A stretch of 17,139 nt of DNA, taken from positions 1-17,139 of the forward strand of contig JBDRBK010000192.1 in NCBI GenBank assembly GCA_043822705.1, written 5' to 3'. Source of the DNA: Fidelibacterota bacterium. Its GTDB lineage: Bacteria > Fidelibacterota > Marinisomatia > Marinisomatales > TCS56. Shown here one piece after another: positions 1 through 10,706 of the stretch. The notes beneath the pieces were generated by a model that saw nothing but the letters and a program-made list of their open reading frames with translations, was not told where the DNA came from and did no database searches. The first letter of the stretch is position 1. Each line of letters opens with the position of its first letter. A program made the translations under genes and the position numbers.

Positions 1-1
1 C

Positions 2-145
2 CTGGCGCTGAAACAGCCGATCCGTCTGGGCCGCCAGAACACCGATGTGTTCGAAGTGTTGGAAGGCCTCCAGCCCGGCGACCGGGTGATCACCTCTTCC
101 TACGACACCTTCGGCGATATCGATAAACTGGTGATCGGGGAATAA
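2..145 (+). CDS. 3' end of a periplasmic adaptor / membrane fusion protein (MacA/HlyD-like); 5' truncated by the window
   Basis: Not in the ORF track. Manual translation from base 2 gives LALKQPIRLGRQNTDVFEVLEGLQPGDRVITSSYDTFGDIDKLVIGE*, with TAA at 143-145. The 'I.LG......EV.EGL..GD.VI' pattern is typical of the adaptor C-terminal membrane-proximal domain, and the gene sits directly upstream of an ABC ATPase. Confidence 0.85.
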   Translation: MALKQPIRLGRQNTDVFEVLEGLQPGDRVITSSYDTFGDIDKLVIGE

Positions 146-197
146 TTTCATAAATGCAATTTCTAATAATCAATATAAGCGATTACAGGAGCTAATC

Positions 198-887
198 ATG
201 ATCAAGACTAACAATATGGTAAAAACCTTCACTACGGAAGAGGTTGAGACCACGGCGTTGAATAAAGTGAATCTGGAAGTAAAGAAAGGCGAATTCGTGG
301 CCATTATGGGTCCCTCCGGCTGCGGCAAATCCACTCTGCTGAATATTCTGGGACTGCTGGACAATCCCACCGACGGTGAATACTATTTCCTGGACCATGA
401 AGTGTCCCGCTTCAGCGAGCGCCAGCGGGCCAACCTGCGCAAAGAGAACATCGGTTTCGTGTTTCAGAGTTTCAACCTGATCGACGAACTGACCGTGTTC
501 GAAAATGTCGAACTGCCGTTACTGTATCTGGGCGTCTCGACCGCCGAACGCAAGACCCGCGTCAACAAAGTGATCGAGCATATGGGCATCGCTCACCGCA
601 GCGGCCATTTTCCGCAACAGCTTTCCGGCGGACAACAACAGCGTGTAGCCGTCTCACGGGCGCTGGTCTCCGACCCCAAGATCATCCTGGCGGACGAACC
701 GACCGGTAACCTGGACTCGGCCCACGGCGACGAAGTCATGCGCTTGATGACCGAGCTCAACGACAGTGGAACTACGATCGTCATGGTGACCCACTCGCCG
801 GCCTACGCTGAATATGCCCACCGCACGGTTCACCTTTTCGACGGACAGGTCGTGACCGAGAATGTGAACAGCAAATTCCACGTCTAA
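198..887 (+). CDS. ABC transporter ATP-binding protein, MacB/LolD/FtsE-like, stand-alone NBD (229 aa)
   Basis: Walker A GPSGCGKST, Q-loop GFVFQSFNL, signature LSGGQQQR, Walker B/D-loop IILADEPTGNLD, H-loop VTH. SD AGGAG at 187-191. Confidence 0.97.
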   Translation: MIKTNNMVKTFTTEEVETTALNKVNLEVKKGEFVAIMGPSGCGKSTLLNILGLLDNPTDGEYYFLDHEVSRFSERQRANLRKENIGFVFQSFNLIDELTVFENVELPLLYLGVSTAERKTRVNKVIEHMGIAHRSGHFPQQLSGGQQQRVAVSRALVSDPKIILADEPTGNLDSAHGDEVMRLMTELNDSGTTIVMVTHSPAYAEYAHRTVHLFDGQVVTENVNSKFHV

Positions 888-953
888 AACCGAATTCCTG
901 ATCCGACACCATAATCACCCGGGTATCGAACAACTCAACCGGAAGGTAATGCT

Positions 954-3356
954 ATGATGATCACCAATTATCTGAAGATCGCGGCGCGCAATCTGTGGAA
1001 GCAAAAAGGACAAACACTAATCAACCTGTCGGGACTGTCGATCGGCATGGCCTGTTGCCTGTTGATAATGACCTGGGTGGTCAGTGAACTCAGTTTCGAT
1101 CGCTTTCATGAGAAAGCGGATCGAATCTACCGGCTGGGAATCGAGGCTAATCTGGGTGGTTATCTGAAGGCGCCGATTACCAACGGGCCGATAGGGCCGA
1201 CCATGGTTGAAAAATACCCCGAGGTGCTGGCCGCCGTGCGCACCCCCGGACCGGATGAAGAACCGGTGCGTTACCGGGACCGTCAATTCCAGGAAGAAAA
1301 CGTGACCTATGCCGACGCTAATTTCTTTCAGGTGTTTTCCTTCCCGCTGCTGATCGGTAATCCGGAAACGGTGCTGGAGGTTCCCAACCAGGTGGTGATA
1401 GCCGAATCGATGGTCAAAAAGTATTTTGACCGGAATGATCCGATCGGCGAAATCATCAGCATCAGCGGTACCGATTACACCGTTACCGGTATTATGGCCG
1501 ATTTCCCCCGCAACTCCCAGCTTCAATTCAATATGATCCGCTCAATGGTGACGCTGACCAAACTAAGTCCGCAAATGACCGATGAGTGGATGTCGTTCTC
1601 GCTGGGGACCTATATCCTGCTGGCGGAAAATGTCGACCCGGCGGCGCTGGAAGCGAAATTCCCGGAATTAGCGGAAGAAAAGCTGGGACCGATCATGCAG
1701 GCCCTCGGCGGCACGATCAATTTCTGGATGCAGCCGATGATCGAGGTTCACCTTCATTCCAACCTGGCGATTGATTTCGACAACAATGGCAATATCGCCT
1801 ATGTTTACCTGTTCTCGGGCGTGGCCCTGCTGGTATTATTGATGGCTTGTTTCAATTTCATCAATCTGTCGACGGCCAAAGCCGCCCTGCGGGCCAAAGA
1901 AGTGGGCATTCGTAAAACCCTGGGCGCCGCCCGCCAGCAATTAATGGGACAGTTCCTCAGTGAATCGATTCTGCTCAGCCTGCTGGCGATGGTTATTTCG
2001 GTCGTGCTTGTCAGGGTAGGCTTGAATAACCTGAAGAACTTGAGCGGTTTCGATTTCGACACCAGTATCTTCTCCTCTGTTTGGGTCATCTTGGCCATGA
2101 TCGGCATGGTAATCATCACCGGCGTACTGGCCGGCGCTTACCCGGCCGTCTTCCTGTCCCGTTTCCAGCCCAGCCGCATCCTGCAGGCCGGTTCGCGCAG
2201 CAACAGTGGCGGTTCCCGGTTGAGGCGAGTCCTCGTTGTTTTACAGTTCACTATTTCGATAGCGCTGCTGATCGGGACGTTAACGATATCCGACCAGATT
2301 CATTTCATCAACAACAAGGAGTTGGGTTTTGACAAGCAAAACCTGGTTTACCTGCCGCAGCTGGACCGCCCCAATCTGCCACCGATCATGTTGCTGAAAG
2401 AAGAACTCGGCAATGTTCCCGGCGTGGAATCGATCACCTCTTCTTCACGCGCCCTGGGCTCCGGCGTCCATAAAAGCATTTACCAGCCGGAAGGTTTCGC
2501 CGATGATGATGCCCAGGCTATGGATAATATGTCCATGGACCCTGATTTTCTGGGTGTTATGGATATCCGCCTGGCGGCCGGCCGGAATTTTTCACAGGCC
2601 CTGGTCACCGATACCAGTGAGGCGGTTATGATCAACCAGACCGCCGCCCGAAAATTCGGCTGGGATGAACCGGTGGGGAAAAAATTCTATTTCAAACCGA
2701 ATCCCGGTGAAGAAGGCGAAACGCGCACGATGACAGTGGTCGGAATGGTTAAGGATTTCCATCTGGCATCTCTGCACCAGCCGATTGAACCGCTTTTCAT
2801 TAATTGTAATCCTGAAAATTTGCGGGTCCTGTCAGTAAAACTTAATCCGACCGGTATCAGTACCACGCTGCAACGGTTACAGGAAAAATGGACCGGTCTG
2901 GTACCCGATTCACCGATGATTTACCTCTTCCTGGATAACGCCCTGGCCGAAAACTACCGGCAGGATCGCGATTTACGCAGTCTGACCACCTATTTTAGTC
3001 TGCTGGCGATTTTCATCGGTTGTCTCGGTCTATTTGGAATGGCCTCGTTCGCCGCCACCCGCCGCACTAAAGAAATCGGTATTCGCAAAGTGCTGGGGGC
3101 CTCGGTAGCCACGATTGTGCGGTTGCTGTCCAACGAAATAATCGTGCTGATCCTGGTATCCAGCGCCCTGGCCTATCCGGTGGCTTGGTGGGCTATGAAT
3201 AGCTGGCTGGCGACGTTTGCCTTCCGGGTGCCGTTCAATTGGCTGATACCTGTTTTAGTAACCGCCGTAACACTGATCATCGCCTTCCTGACGGTCGCCT
3301 GGCAATCCTTGCGGGCGGCCCTGGCCAACCCGGTAAAATCATTACGCTATGAGTAA
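954..3356 (+). CDS. ABC transporter permease, duplicated MacB-periplasmic + FtsX-type TM architecture (paralogue 1, 800 aa; start could be ATG 957)
   Basis: N-terminal NYLKIAARNL amphipathic helix plus TM1, two large soluble domains, two hydrophobic clusters with coupling motifs RAKEVGIRKTLGA and RTKEIGIRKVLGA, C-terminal ANPVKSLRYE. SD-like GGAAGG at 941-946. Confidence 0.95.
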   Translation: MMITNYLKIAARNLWKQKGQTLINLSGLSIGMACCLLIMTWVVSELSFDRFHEKADRIYRLGIEANLGGYLKAPITNGPIGPTMVEKYPEVLAAVRTPGPDEEPVRYRDRQFQEENVTYADANFFQVFSFPLLIGNPETVLEVPNQVVIAESMVKKYFDRNDPIGEIISISGTDYTVTGIMADFPRNSQLQFNMIRSMVTLTKLSPQMTDEWMSFSLGTYILLAENVDPAALEAKFPELAEEKLGPIMQALGGTINFWMQPMIEVHLHSNLAIDFDNNGNIAYVYLFSGVALLVLLMACFNFINLSTAKAALRAKEVGIRKTLGAARQQLMGQFLSESILLSLLAMVISVVLVRVGLNNLKNLSGFDFDTSIFSSVWVILAMIGMVIITGVLAGAYPAVFLSRFQPSRILQAGSRSNSGGSRLRRVLVVLQFTISIALLIGTLTISDQIHFINNKELGFDKQNLVYLPQLDRPNLPPIMLLKEELGNVPGVESITSSSRALGSGVHKSIYQPEGFADDDAQAMDNMSMDPDFLGVMDIRLAAGRNFSQALVTDTSEAVMINQTAARKFGWDEPVGKKFYFKPNPGEEGETRTMTVVGMVKDFHLASLHQPIEPLFINCNPENLRVLSVKLNPTGISTTLQRLQEKWTGLVPDSPMIYLFLDNALAENYRQDRDLRSLTTYFSLLAIFIGCLGLFGMASFAATRRTKEIGIRKVLGASVATIVRLLSNEIIVLILVSSALAYPVAWWAMNSWLATFAFRVPFNWLIPVLVTAVTLIIAFLTVAWQSLRAALANPVKSLRYE

Positions 3357-3367
3357 CAGGTGAAACC

Positions 3368-5773
3368 ATGCTGAAAAATTATCTGAAAATCGCTATCCGC
3401 AATCTGCTGAAACAGAAGGGTTATTCCTTCATCAATATCGCCGGCCTGGCGGTGGGTATGGCCTGCTGCATTCTGATCATGGCCTATATTGCCGACGAAC
3501 TGTCCTTCGATCGTTTCCATAACCGCGTGGAAAATATCTACCGGGTCGCGACGGTCGGCAAAATCGCCGGCAGAACCATCAATATTGCCACCGTACCGGC
3601 TCCGATGGGTCCCGCCATGGTCGATGAATTTCCCGAGGTGTCGGCAGCGGTACGGTTCCGGACGACCGGCGACCAGATTTTCAGTTACCAGGACAAGAAA
3701 TTCTTCGAATCCAATCTCATGTACGCCGATAACAGCCTGTTCGAAGTATTTTCGTTCCGGTTACTCAGCGGTGACCCGGCCACAGCCCTGGCGGCACCCC
3801 ACACAATGGTGATCACACCGGAATTGGCCCGCAAATATTTCGGCGATGACGATCCGGTGGGCAAAATCCTGCGAATGAACAACGAGGAGGATTTTACCAT
3901 CACCGGCCTTATCGCCAAGCCGCCCGGCAACTCCCATATTCAATTCGACCTGCTGCTTTCCTTCGAAACATTTTATAAGCGCAATCCCGACCGGATGGTC
4001 TGGTACAACTGGAATTACCAGACCTACATCCTGCTGGCCGACGACGCCGATTACCAATCACTGGAACAGAAACTTGTTCAATTCAATGAGCGGCACATCG
4101 GCGAATTCGTCAAGGCTATCGGCGGTGATATTTCCAATTACCTGCAGCCCCTGGCCTCGATCCATCTCCATTCACAAATCGAAGCGGAAGTCAGTCCCAA
4201 CGGCGATATCCGTTACGTCTATGCCTTCGCCCTGATCGCCGGTTTCATCCTGCTGATCGCCTGTATTAATTTCATGAATCTGGCCACGGCCCGGTCCGCC
4301 AACCGCGCCCGCGAGGTCGGGCTGCGCAAGGTCGTCGGGGCCGATCGGCGGATGCTGATCAGTCAGTTTCTCAGCGAATCGCTGGTGCTGGCGTTGATCT
4401 CCTTTCTGCTGGCCCTGCTGATCGTCGTCCTGGCCCATCCGTATTTCAATCACCTGGCCGGCCGGACCATCGCCCTGAATTTATTTTCCAATCCCTGGAT
4501 CGTCGCCGGTTTGATCGGACTGATTTTATTCATCGGCCTGGCTGCGGGCAGTTATCCGGCTTTGTTTCTATCCCGTTTCCGGCCGGCGGTCGTCCTTAAA
4601 GGCACCCTGCAAAAAGGCGCGAAAAGTTCCCGCTTCCGCAGTATCCTGGTAATTTTCCAGTTCGCGATTTCGATCGCCCTGATCATCGGGACCGGCATCA
4701 TTTTCAATCAACTGGATTATATGCAGACCAAGGACATGGGTTTTAACAAAGAACAGCTGCTGGTTATCGCCATCCGCGATGACCAGACCACGGGAAAAGC
4801 AGACCTGATCAAAACGGAACTGAAGAAGATCGACGGTGTCGTCAGTATTTGCGGCGCCAGCAAGGTTCCCGGTGAAGAAAGTTTCAACACCAGCGTTTTC
4901 TACCCGGAAGGCTATGCTCAGGATCAGTCCGTTTTGATGGAGAATTTTACCATCGATGAATCCTATCTGGAAACCTACCAGATCGAGCTGCTGGCCGGAC
5001 GTAATTTTTCGCGGGAATTCACCACCGACCCGGAACAGTCGATCATGATCAACGAGACGGCCGCCCGGACCTTTGGGTGGGACGATCCCGTGGGCAAATT
5101 AATCTATCTGCCAGCCGACGATAATGACATGTCCCAACGCCAGACTGTCACTGTAATCGGCCTCACCAGGGATATCCACCACCGCTCGGTCCAGCACGCC
5201 GTGGAGCCGTTGCTGATCGATTTCAATCCCGGGCAAGCCTTCCGGATTACGGTGCGCCTCAAGACTGATAATATCACCAACACAATGGAGCAGATTGAAC
5301 AAAAATGGTTAGCCATCAATCCTGATCATCCCTTCGATTACTTCTTCCTGGATGAATATTTTGACAGTCTCTATCGCGGTGAAGAACGACTGGGGAATAT
5401 ATTCCGGACATTTACTGTTTTTGCCGTCCTGATCGGCTGTCTCGGCCTGTTCGGGCTGGCCTCCTTCGCCGCCGAACAGCGCACCAAAGAAATCGGAATT
5501 CGCAAGGTTCTGGGTTCTTCGGTCAGCGCCGTCGTGCTGCTGTTGTACCGCGAATTCATCACCTTGATAATTATCGCCAACCTGGTGGCCTGGCCGGTGA
5601 TCTATTTCACGATGCGGCACTGGCTGAAGGATTTTCCCTACCAGACTTCGATCGGTGTCGGCGGATTCATCCTGGCGGCCTTGCTGGCGCTGGGAATCGC
5701 CCTGTTGACGGTCAGTTACCAGTCGTTGAAAGCCGCTCTGGCCAACCCGGTTCAATCATTACGTTATGAATAA
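3368..5773 (+). CDS. ABC transporter permease, duplicated MacB/FtsX type (paralogue 2, 801 aa)
   Basis: Same architecture: ACINFMNLATARSANRAREVGLRK, RTKEIGIRKVLG, C-terminal NPVQSLRYE. 11-nt gap from the previous gene contains AGGTG. Confidence 0.95.
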   Translation: MLKNYLKIAIRNLLKQKGYSFINIAGLAVGMACCILIMAYIADELSFDRFHNRVENIYRVATVGKIAGRTINIATVPAPMGPAMVDEFPEVSAAVRFRTTGDQIFSYQDKKFFESNLMYADNSLFEVFSFRLLSGDPATALAAPHTMVITPELARKYFGDDDPVGKILRMNNEEDFTITGLIAKPPGNSHIQFDLLLSFETFYKRNPDRMVWYNWNYQTYILLADDADYQSLEQKLVQFNERHIGEFVKAIGGDISNYLQPLASIHLHSQIEAEVSPNGDIRYVYAFALIAGFILLIACINFMNLATARSANRAREVGLRKVVGADRRMLISQFLSESLVLALISFLLALLIVVLAHPYFNHLAGRTIALNLFSNPWIVAGLIGLILFIGLAAGSYPALFLSRFRPAVVLKGTLQKGAKSSRFRSILVIFQFAISIALIIGTGIIFNQLDYMQTKDMGFNKEQLLVIAIRDDQTTGKADLIKTELKKIDGVVSICGASKVPGEESFNTSVFYPEGYAQDQSVLMENFTIDESYLETYQIELLAGRNFSREFTTDPEQSIMINETAARTFGWDDPVGKLIYLPADDNDMSQRQTVTVIGLTRDIHHRSVQHAVEPLLIDFNPGQAFRITVRLKTDNITNTMEQIEQKWLAINPDHPFDYFFLDEYFDSLYRGEERLGNIFRTFTVFAVLIGCLGLFGLASFAAEQRTKEIGIRKVLGSSVSAVVLLLYREFITLIIIANLVAWPVIYFTMRHWLKDFPYQTSIGVGGFILAALLALGIALLTVSYQSLKAALANPVQSLRYE

Positions 5774-5787
5774 ATTGAGGATCAATT

Positions 5788-8214
5788 ATGCTGATTAACT
5801 ATCTTAAAACAGCAATACGCAATATTTTCAAACAAAAAGTCTATTCCATTATCAATATTACCGGACTGGCGGTAGGCGTGATGGCCTTTATCATGATCAT
5901 GCTCTATGTCCGCTTCGAGCTCGGTTACGACCGCTTCGGTGAACAGTCGCGCCGGACCTACCGGGTGGCGACACGGGGGGCCATGGCCGGTAATGATTTT
6001 AACATGGCCGTATCGCCGGCGCCGGTGGGCGCAGCCTTCGTTAATGAAATTCCGGGAGTACTGCAGTCGACGCGGCTTACCAATCTGGGCTTCCCGGTGA
6101 TCCGTTACGAAGATAAGGTATTCAGTGACGAGCGCTGGTTCACGGCCGACTCGACATTTTTCGATGTATTCCCGGTTAAATTCATCCAGGGCGATCCCAA
6201 AACAGCATTGACGCAGCCAATGACCGTCGTAATTACCCAATCCACTGCCGCACGCTACTTTGGTACCGATGACCCTATGGGCAAAGTCCTGAATTCCGAC
6301 AAACGCCGTGATTATGTTGTAACCGGCGTAATTGAAGATGCTCCCGAAAACACGCACCTGCATTACGATTTCCTTGGTTCGCTCATGTCCTATCCCCAGA
6401 TGGCCAATGACCAGATCTGGGTCAATAACAATTTCTACACATATCTGGTTTTGGACCGTAACACACCGCCGGAACAGGTAGCAGCCGAGTTTCCCGGGCT
6501 GGTCATTAAATATGCCGGTCCGCAAATTGAGCAGTTCATGGGTGTATCCTGGGAAAAACTGCGTGAACAGGGTGCGGCCTACGGTTTCTATTTGCAGCCA
6601 ATCACCGATATCCATTTGCAGTCGCACCTGGAATACGAAGTTGAGACCAACGGTAATCTGCTCTATATCAGGATTTTCTCGATCATCGCCCTGTTTATCC
6701 TGATTATCGCCTGTATCAATTTCATGAACTTGGCCACTGCCCGTTCGGCCAATCGCGCCCGGGAAGTAGGCGTCCGCAAGACACTCGGTTCCAGCCGTGG
6801 TCAGCTGATTCAACAGTTTTTGACCGAGGCGATTATCATGACAGCGATCGCCTTTATCATTGCTGTTATTCTCGTGCTGGTTCTGCTGCCCTCTTACAAT
6901 AATCTGATTGGGCTGCAATTAGCGCTAGGGCTGTTCAAAGATGCCCTGGTGTTGCCGGCGCTGATCATCCTGATTCTGCTGGTGGGTACAATTTCCGGCA
7001 GTTACCCGGCCTTTTTTCTGGCTTCTTTCAATCCGGTTAAAGTCTTGAAGGGGTCCGCACAGGCCAAGTCACGCAACTCCTGGCTGCGCAGCGGTCTGGT
7101 CCTGTTCCAGTTCACGATTTCAATCACCCTGTTTACCGGCACGATGGTGGTCTTCAACCAACTGAATTACATTCAGAACAAGGACCTGGGCTACAACAAG
7201 GAACAGGTGGTGATCGTTGAAAAAACCGACGATATCGGCGCCCAGATCCAAGCTTTCAAACAGGACCTGCGTCAGGATCCGCGGATTATTTCGGTAGCTA
7301 ATTCGACTTCGCTGATCGGCCATAATTTTGGTAATTCGGTCCACCAAATCAGGGGCGAGCCGGCGGAAAACGCCATCATGCTGTCATTGTGTTTGACCGA
7401 TCCCTACTTCATCGATGCCTACCAGCTGGAACTGGTCCGGGGCCGTGTTTTTTCACCCGACCGGCCGACCGATTCACTGGCAGTAGTTATCAATGAGACC
7501 GCCGCCGCCCATATGAATGTGGGCGATCCGATCGGTCGTTACCTGACCCGCGGCACCGGCCCTGATGGTCAGACCACCGATTTCGAAATTATCGGGATCG
7601 TCCGTGATTTCCACTTCATGTCATTGCATGAGCAGATTCGACCGCTGGCGCTTTATAACTTCCGTCCCCGTGGTTTCGGTCGTTACACCGCCGTCCGAGT
7701 CACCGAGCACGATATCACCGGCACGCTGGGTTATATCGAGGAAATCTGGAAAAAATATGCCGTGGACCAGCCCTTCGAGTACACTTTCCTAGATGACGAC
7801 TTTAACCAGCTCTACGCCGCTGAAGAACGCACCAAACAGATCGCCACGATATTCTCGCTGCTGGCGATAATGATTGCTTCGCTCGGCCTCTTGGGTCTGG
7901 CTTCCTTTATCACGGAGCAGCGCACCAAGGAAATTGGTATCCGCAAGGTACTAGGTGCGTCGGTCCCGAATATCTATGTTCTGCTGTGCTCCGATATTCT
8001 GAAGCTGATCCTGATTGCCACCGTCCTGTCCTGGCCGATATCCTATTTCAGCATGCAACGCTGGCTGGAGAATTTTGCTTACCGAATCGAATTCAGTCAC
8101 CTGACTTTCCTGCTGGCCGGGCTGCTGGCATTCATCATCGCCCTGGCCACCGTAACCACTCAGGCCGTCAAAGCTGCAACCTCGAACCCGATAAATGCCC
8201 TGAAATACGAATAA
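5788..8214 (+). CDS. ABC transporter permease, duplicated MacB/FtsX type (paralogue 3, 808 aa)
   Basis: ACINFMNLATARSANRAREVGVRK, RTKEIGIRKVLGA, C-terminal NPINALKYE. SD GAGGA in a 14-nt gap. Confidence 0.95.
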   Translation: MLINYLKTAIRNIFKQKVYSIINITGLAVGVMAFIMIMLYVRFELGYDRFGEQSRRTYRVATRGAMAGNDFNMAVSPAPVGAAFVNEIPGVLQSTRLTNLGFPVIRYEDKVFSDERWFTADSTFFDVFPVKFIQGDPKTALTQPMTVVITQSTAARYFGTDDPMGKVLNSDKRRDYVVTGVIEDAPENTHLHYDFLGSLMSYPQMANDQIWVNNNFYTYLVLDRNTPPEQVAAEFPGLVIKYAGPQIEQFMGVSWEKLREQGAAYGFYLQPITDIHLQSHLEYEVETNGNLLYIRIFSIIALFILIIACINFMNLATARSANRAREVGVRKTLGSSRGQLIQQFLTEAIIMTAIAFIIAVILVLVLLPSYNNLIGLQLALGLFKDALVLPALIILILLVGTISGSYPAFFLASFNPVKVLKGSAQAKSRNSWLRSGLVLFQFTISITLFTGTMVVFNQLNYIQNKDLGYNKEQVVIVEKTDDIGAQIQAFKQDLRQDPRIISVANSTSLIGHNFGNSVHQIRGEPAENAIMLSLCLTDPYFIDAYQLELVRGRVFSPDRPTDSLAVVINETAAAHMNVGDPIGRYLTRGTGPDGQTTDFEIIGIVRDFHFMSLHEQIRPLALYNFRPRGFGRYTAVRVTEHDITGTLGYIEEIWKKYAVDQPFEYTFLDDDFNQLYAAEERTKQIATIFSLLAIMIASLGLLGLASFITEQRTKEIGIRKVLGASVPNIYVLLCSDILKLILIATVLSWPISYFSMQRWLENFAYRIEFSHLTFLLAGLLAFIIALATVTTQAVKAATSNPINALKYE

Positions 8215-8232
8215 AAATACAGGAGTCCCATC

Positions 8233-10686
8233 ATGATAGCGAACTATCTGAAAATTGCCTATCGCAACATCTTCAGAAACAAGGGCTATTCCCTGATCAA
8301 TATCACAGGATTGGCAATCGGGATCGCCTGTTTCATCCTGATCATGCTCTACGTACAGGATGAATTATCCTATGACCGCTATCATGAGCGAGCCGACCGC
8401 ATCTACCGGCTGGAGCGCAAAGGCGTATTCAACGGGCTCGAGTTTCATACCTTCATTACCGCCCATCCGATGGCGCCGGCCCTGGTCGCCGATTTCCCCG
8501 AAATCGCAGCCGGCGTGCGGTTTTATAATACCGATCTGATGGTCCGGAACTGGAACCATCAGTTCTTCGAGGAAGAAATATTTTTTACCGACAGTGAAGT
8601 ATTCCAGGTCTTCGATTTTCCGCTGCTCAGTGGCGACCCGTCCGTTGCCCTGCGGGAACCGAATTCAATCGTGATAACACCGGAAATGGCGAGAAAATAT
8701 TTCGGTAGCGATGATGTGTTGGGTAAAACTCTGGAAATCCAGTGGGAAGACCAGCAATTGGCCTTCAATGTCACCGGTATCCTGCAAAAAATGCCGGCCA
8801 ATTCCCATTTCCACGCCGGTTTCCTGGCCTCTTATGCGACGCTACCCGGCCTGATCGGTGAGCAACTGGAAATCTGGGTCAATAACAATATTTCGACCTA
8901 TCTGCTGTTGACTGAGGGCGCCACCCCGGAAGACCTCTACCCCAAATTTCCTGATTTCATCCGGAAGTACATGGGTGATATCATCAGAAAAATTCTGGGA
9001 CCGGAGGTGGATGTGGCTACCATCTTCAGCTTCGAGCTGCGTCCGATTACGGCAATTCATCTTCATTCCAACCTGCAATTCGAACTCGAACCAAGCGGCA
9101 GCATCGCGATGGTTTATACCTTCAGCGCCATTGCCCTGTTCATGCTGCTGATCGCCGCGATCAATTTCATGAATCTGGCAACCGCCCGCTCCGCCCGGCG
9201 CGCCCGGGAAGTGGGCATCCGCAAGGTAGTGGGCGCCAACCGCAAAAGTCTGGTGGCGCAATTCCTGGGAGAATCGCTGTTGCTGGCCTACCTGGCGGCG
9301 TTACTGGCCGTGCTGGCCGTGGCCCTGATCCTCTCCACATACAACGCTTTCATCCTTAAAGAATTGACCATCGGAATCGACAGCAATCCGTTGTTCTATC
9401 CCGGATTATTCGCGATCGTCACCCTGGTGGGCCTGCTGGCGGGCAGTTACCCGGCCCTGTTCCTGTCAGCCTATCAGCCGGTACAGGTATTGAAAGGCAG
9501 TGTCATTTCCGCTCGCGGCGGCCGGACTTCGCGACTGCGTCAAGGACTGGTGATCCTGCAGTTCGCCATTTCCATCGCCCTGATCCTCGGTACGCTGGTT
9601 GTATCCCATCAACTCGATTTCCTGCAGAACAAGCGCCTCGGCTTCACTAAGGAACAGGTGGTGGTGCTCAACATTCAGGACAATGCCCTGCGCTCCAAAG
9701 TTGAAATGCTTAAAACCGAACTGAAACAGGATTCCCGTGTGATCAGCGTGGCCGGCTCGTCGCGGGTCCCCGGAAACCGTGGTTTCAGCGACACCGTATT
9801 CCGTGGTGAAGACAGTCCCGAAGGCGACGTAAAAGATATGACGGTGATAAGGATCGACCAGGATTTTTTGCCGACCATGGAAATCGATCTGCTGGCCGGA
9901 CGAAATTTCGCACGGGATTTCGCCGAGGACTGGAAAACCGGCATTATTTTGAATGAACTGGCGGCCCGGGAATTCGGCTGGAACACCCCGCAGGAAGCGC
10001 TGGGAAAAATCGTTTACTCGATTAAGGAAATCGACCCGCCGGTCTACCTGAACAATAAAGTAGTGGGCATTACCGATAATTTCCATTTCAAATCACTGCA
10101 CCACAAAGTCGAGCCGTTGCTGCTGCACTCCGGCCAGGTTTGGGGCGACTTGCAGTATTTGTCGGTCCGTATCGGGGCCGCCGATATCGCCGGCACACTG
10201 GAATTTTTAAAAAATCAATGGCAGCGTATTTCTCCGGATTATCCCTTCGATTATTTTTTCCTCGACGAAAATTTCGGCCAGCAGTACCAGGCCGAGCAGC
10301 GGACACGCACGATTTTCCGTTATTTTACCGCCATGACGATCTTTATCGCCTGTCTCGGTCTGCTGGGGCTGGCTTCATTCACCACCGAACAGCGCACCAA
10401 GGAAATTGGCATCCGCAAGACGTTGGGCGCTTCGGTTCCGGGTCTCACGACCATGCTGTGCCGGGAATTTGTTATCTTGGTGGTGCTGGCCAACCTGATT
10501 GCCCTGCCGGCCGGCTGGTATCTGATGTCGCGCTGGCTGGAGAGTTTTGCCTACCGGATGACAATCGGTGTCGGGATTTATGTCACTGCCGCGCTGATCG
10601 CTGTCACAATCGCCCTGGTTACCGTAATTTTCCAGGCTTTTAAGGCGGCCCTGTCCAATCCGGTGAATGCATTGAAGTACGAATAA
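8233..10686 (+). CDS. ABC transporter permease, duplicated MacB/FtsX type (paralogue 4, 817 aa)
   Basis: INFMNLATARSARRAREVGIRK, RTKEIGIRKTLGA, C-terminal NPVNALKYE. SD AGGAG in an 18-nt gap. Confidence 0.95.
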   Translation: MIANYLKIAYRNIFRNKGYSLINITGLAIGIACFILIMLYVQDELSYDRYHERADRIYRLERKGVFNGLEFHTFITAHPMAPALVADFPEIAAGVRFYNTDLMVRNWNHQFFEEEIFFTDSEVFQVFDFPLLSGDPSVALREPNSIVITPEMARKYFGSDDVLGKTLEIQWEDQQLAFNVTGILQKMPANSHFHAGFLASYATLPGLIGEQLEIWVNNNISTYLLLTEGATPEDLYPKFPDFIRKYMGDIIRKILGPEVDVATIFSFELRPITAIHLHSNLQFELEPSGSIAMVYTFSAIALFMLLIAAINFMNLATARSARRAREVGIRKVVGANRKSLVAQFLGESLLLAYLAALLAVLAVALILSTYNAFILKELTIGIDSNPLFYPGLFAIVTLVGLLAGSYPALFLSAYQPVQVLKGSVISARGGRTSRLRQGLVILQFAISIALILGTLVVSHQLDFLQNKRLGFTKEQVVVLNIQDNALRSKVEMLKTELKQDSRVISVAGSSRVPGNRGFSDTVFRGEDSPEGDVKDMTVIRIDQDFLPTMEIDLLAGRNFARDFAEDWKTGIILNELAAREFGWNTPQEALGKIVYSIKEIDPPVYLNNKVVGITDNFHFKSLHHKVEPLLLHSGQVWGDLQYLSVRIGAADIAGTLEFLKNQWQRISPDYPFDYFFLDENFGQQYQAEQRTRTIFRYFTAMTIFIACLGLLGLASFTTEQRTKEIGIRKTLGASVPGLTTMLCREFVILVVLANLIALPAGWYLMSRWLESFAYRMTIGVGIYVTAALIAVTIALVTVIFQAFKAALSNPVNALKYE

Positions 10687-10706
10687 TTTTTCAGGAGGGA
10701 CGAAGC

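Noticed and set aside
4250..4305. High DNA identity with 11571-11626 (53/56), and similar blocks in other permeases, as evidence of gene conversion
   Set aside because: All three mismatches are synonymous third positions in the most conserved protein motif (LLIACINFMNLATARSANR), so protein constraint plus codon bias is sufficient.
5782..6918. 378-aa minus-strand ORF and the many other antisense or alternate-frame ORFs inside the ATPase, permeases and lexA (e.g. 9466-10086, 16047-16601)
   Set aside because: They overlap well-supported + strand genes almost entirely, show no recognisable motifs, and are the expected shadow ORFs of GC3-biased coding DNA.
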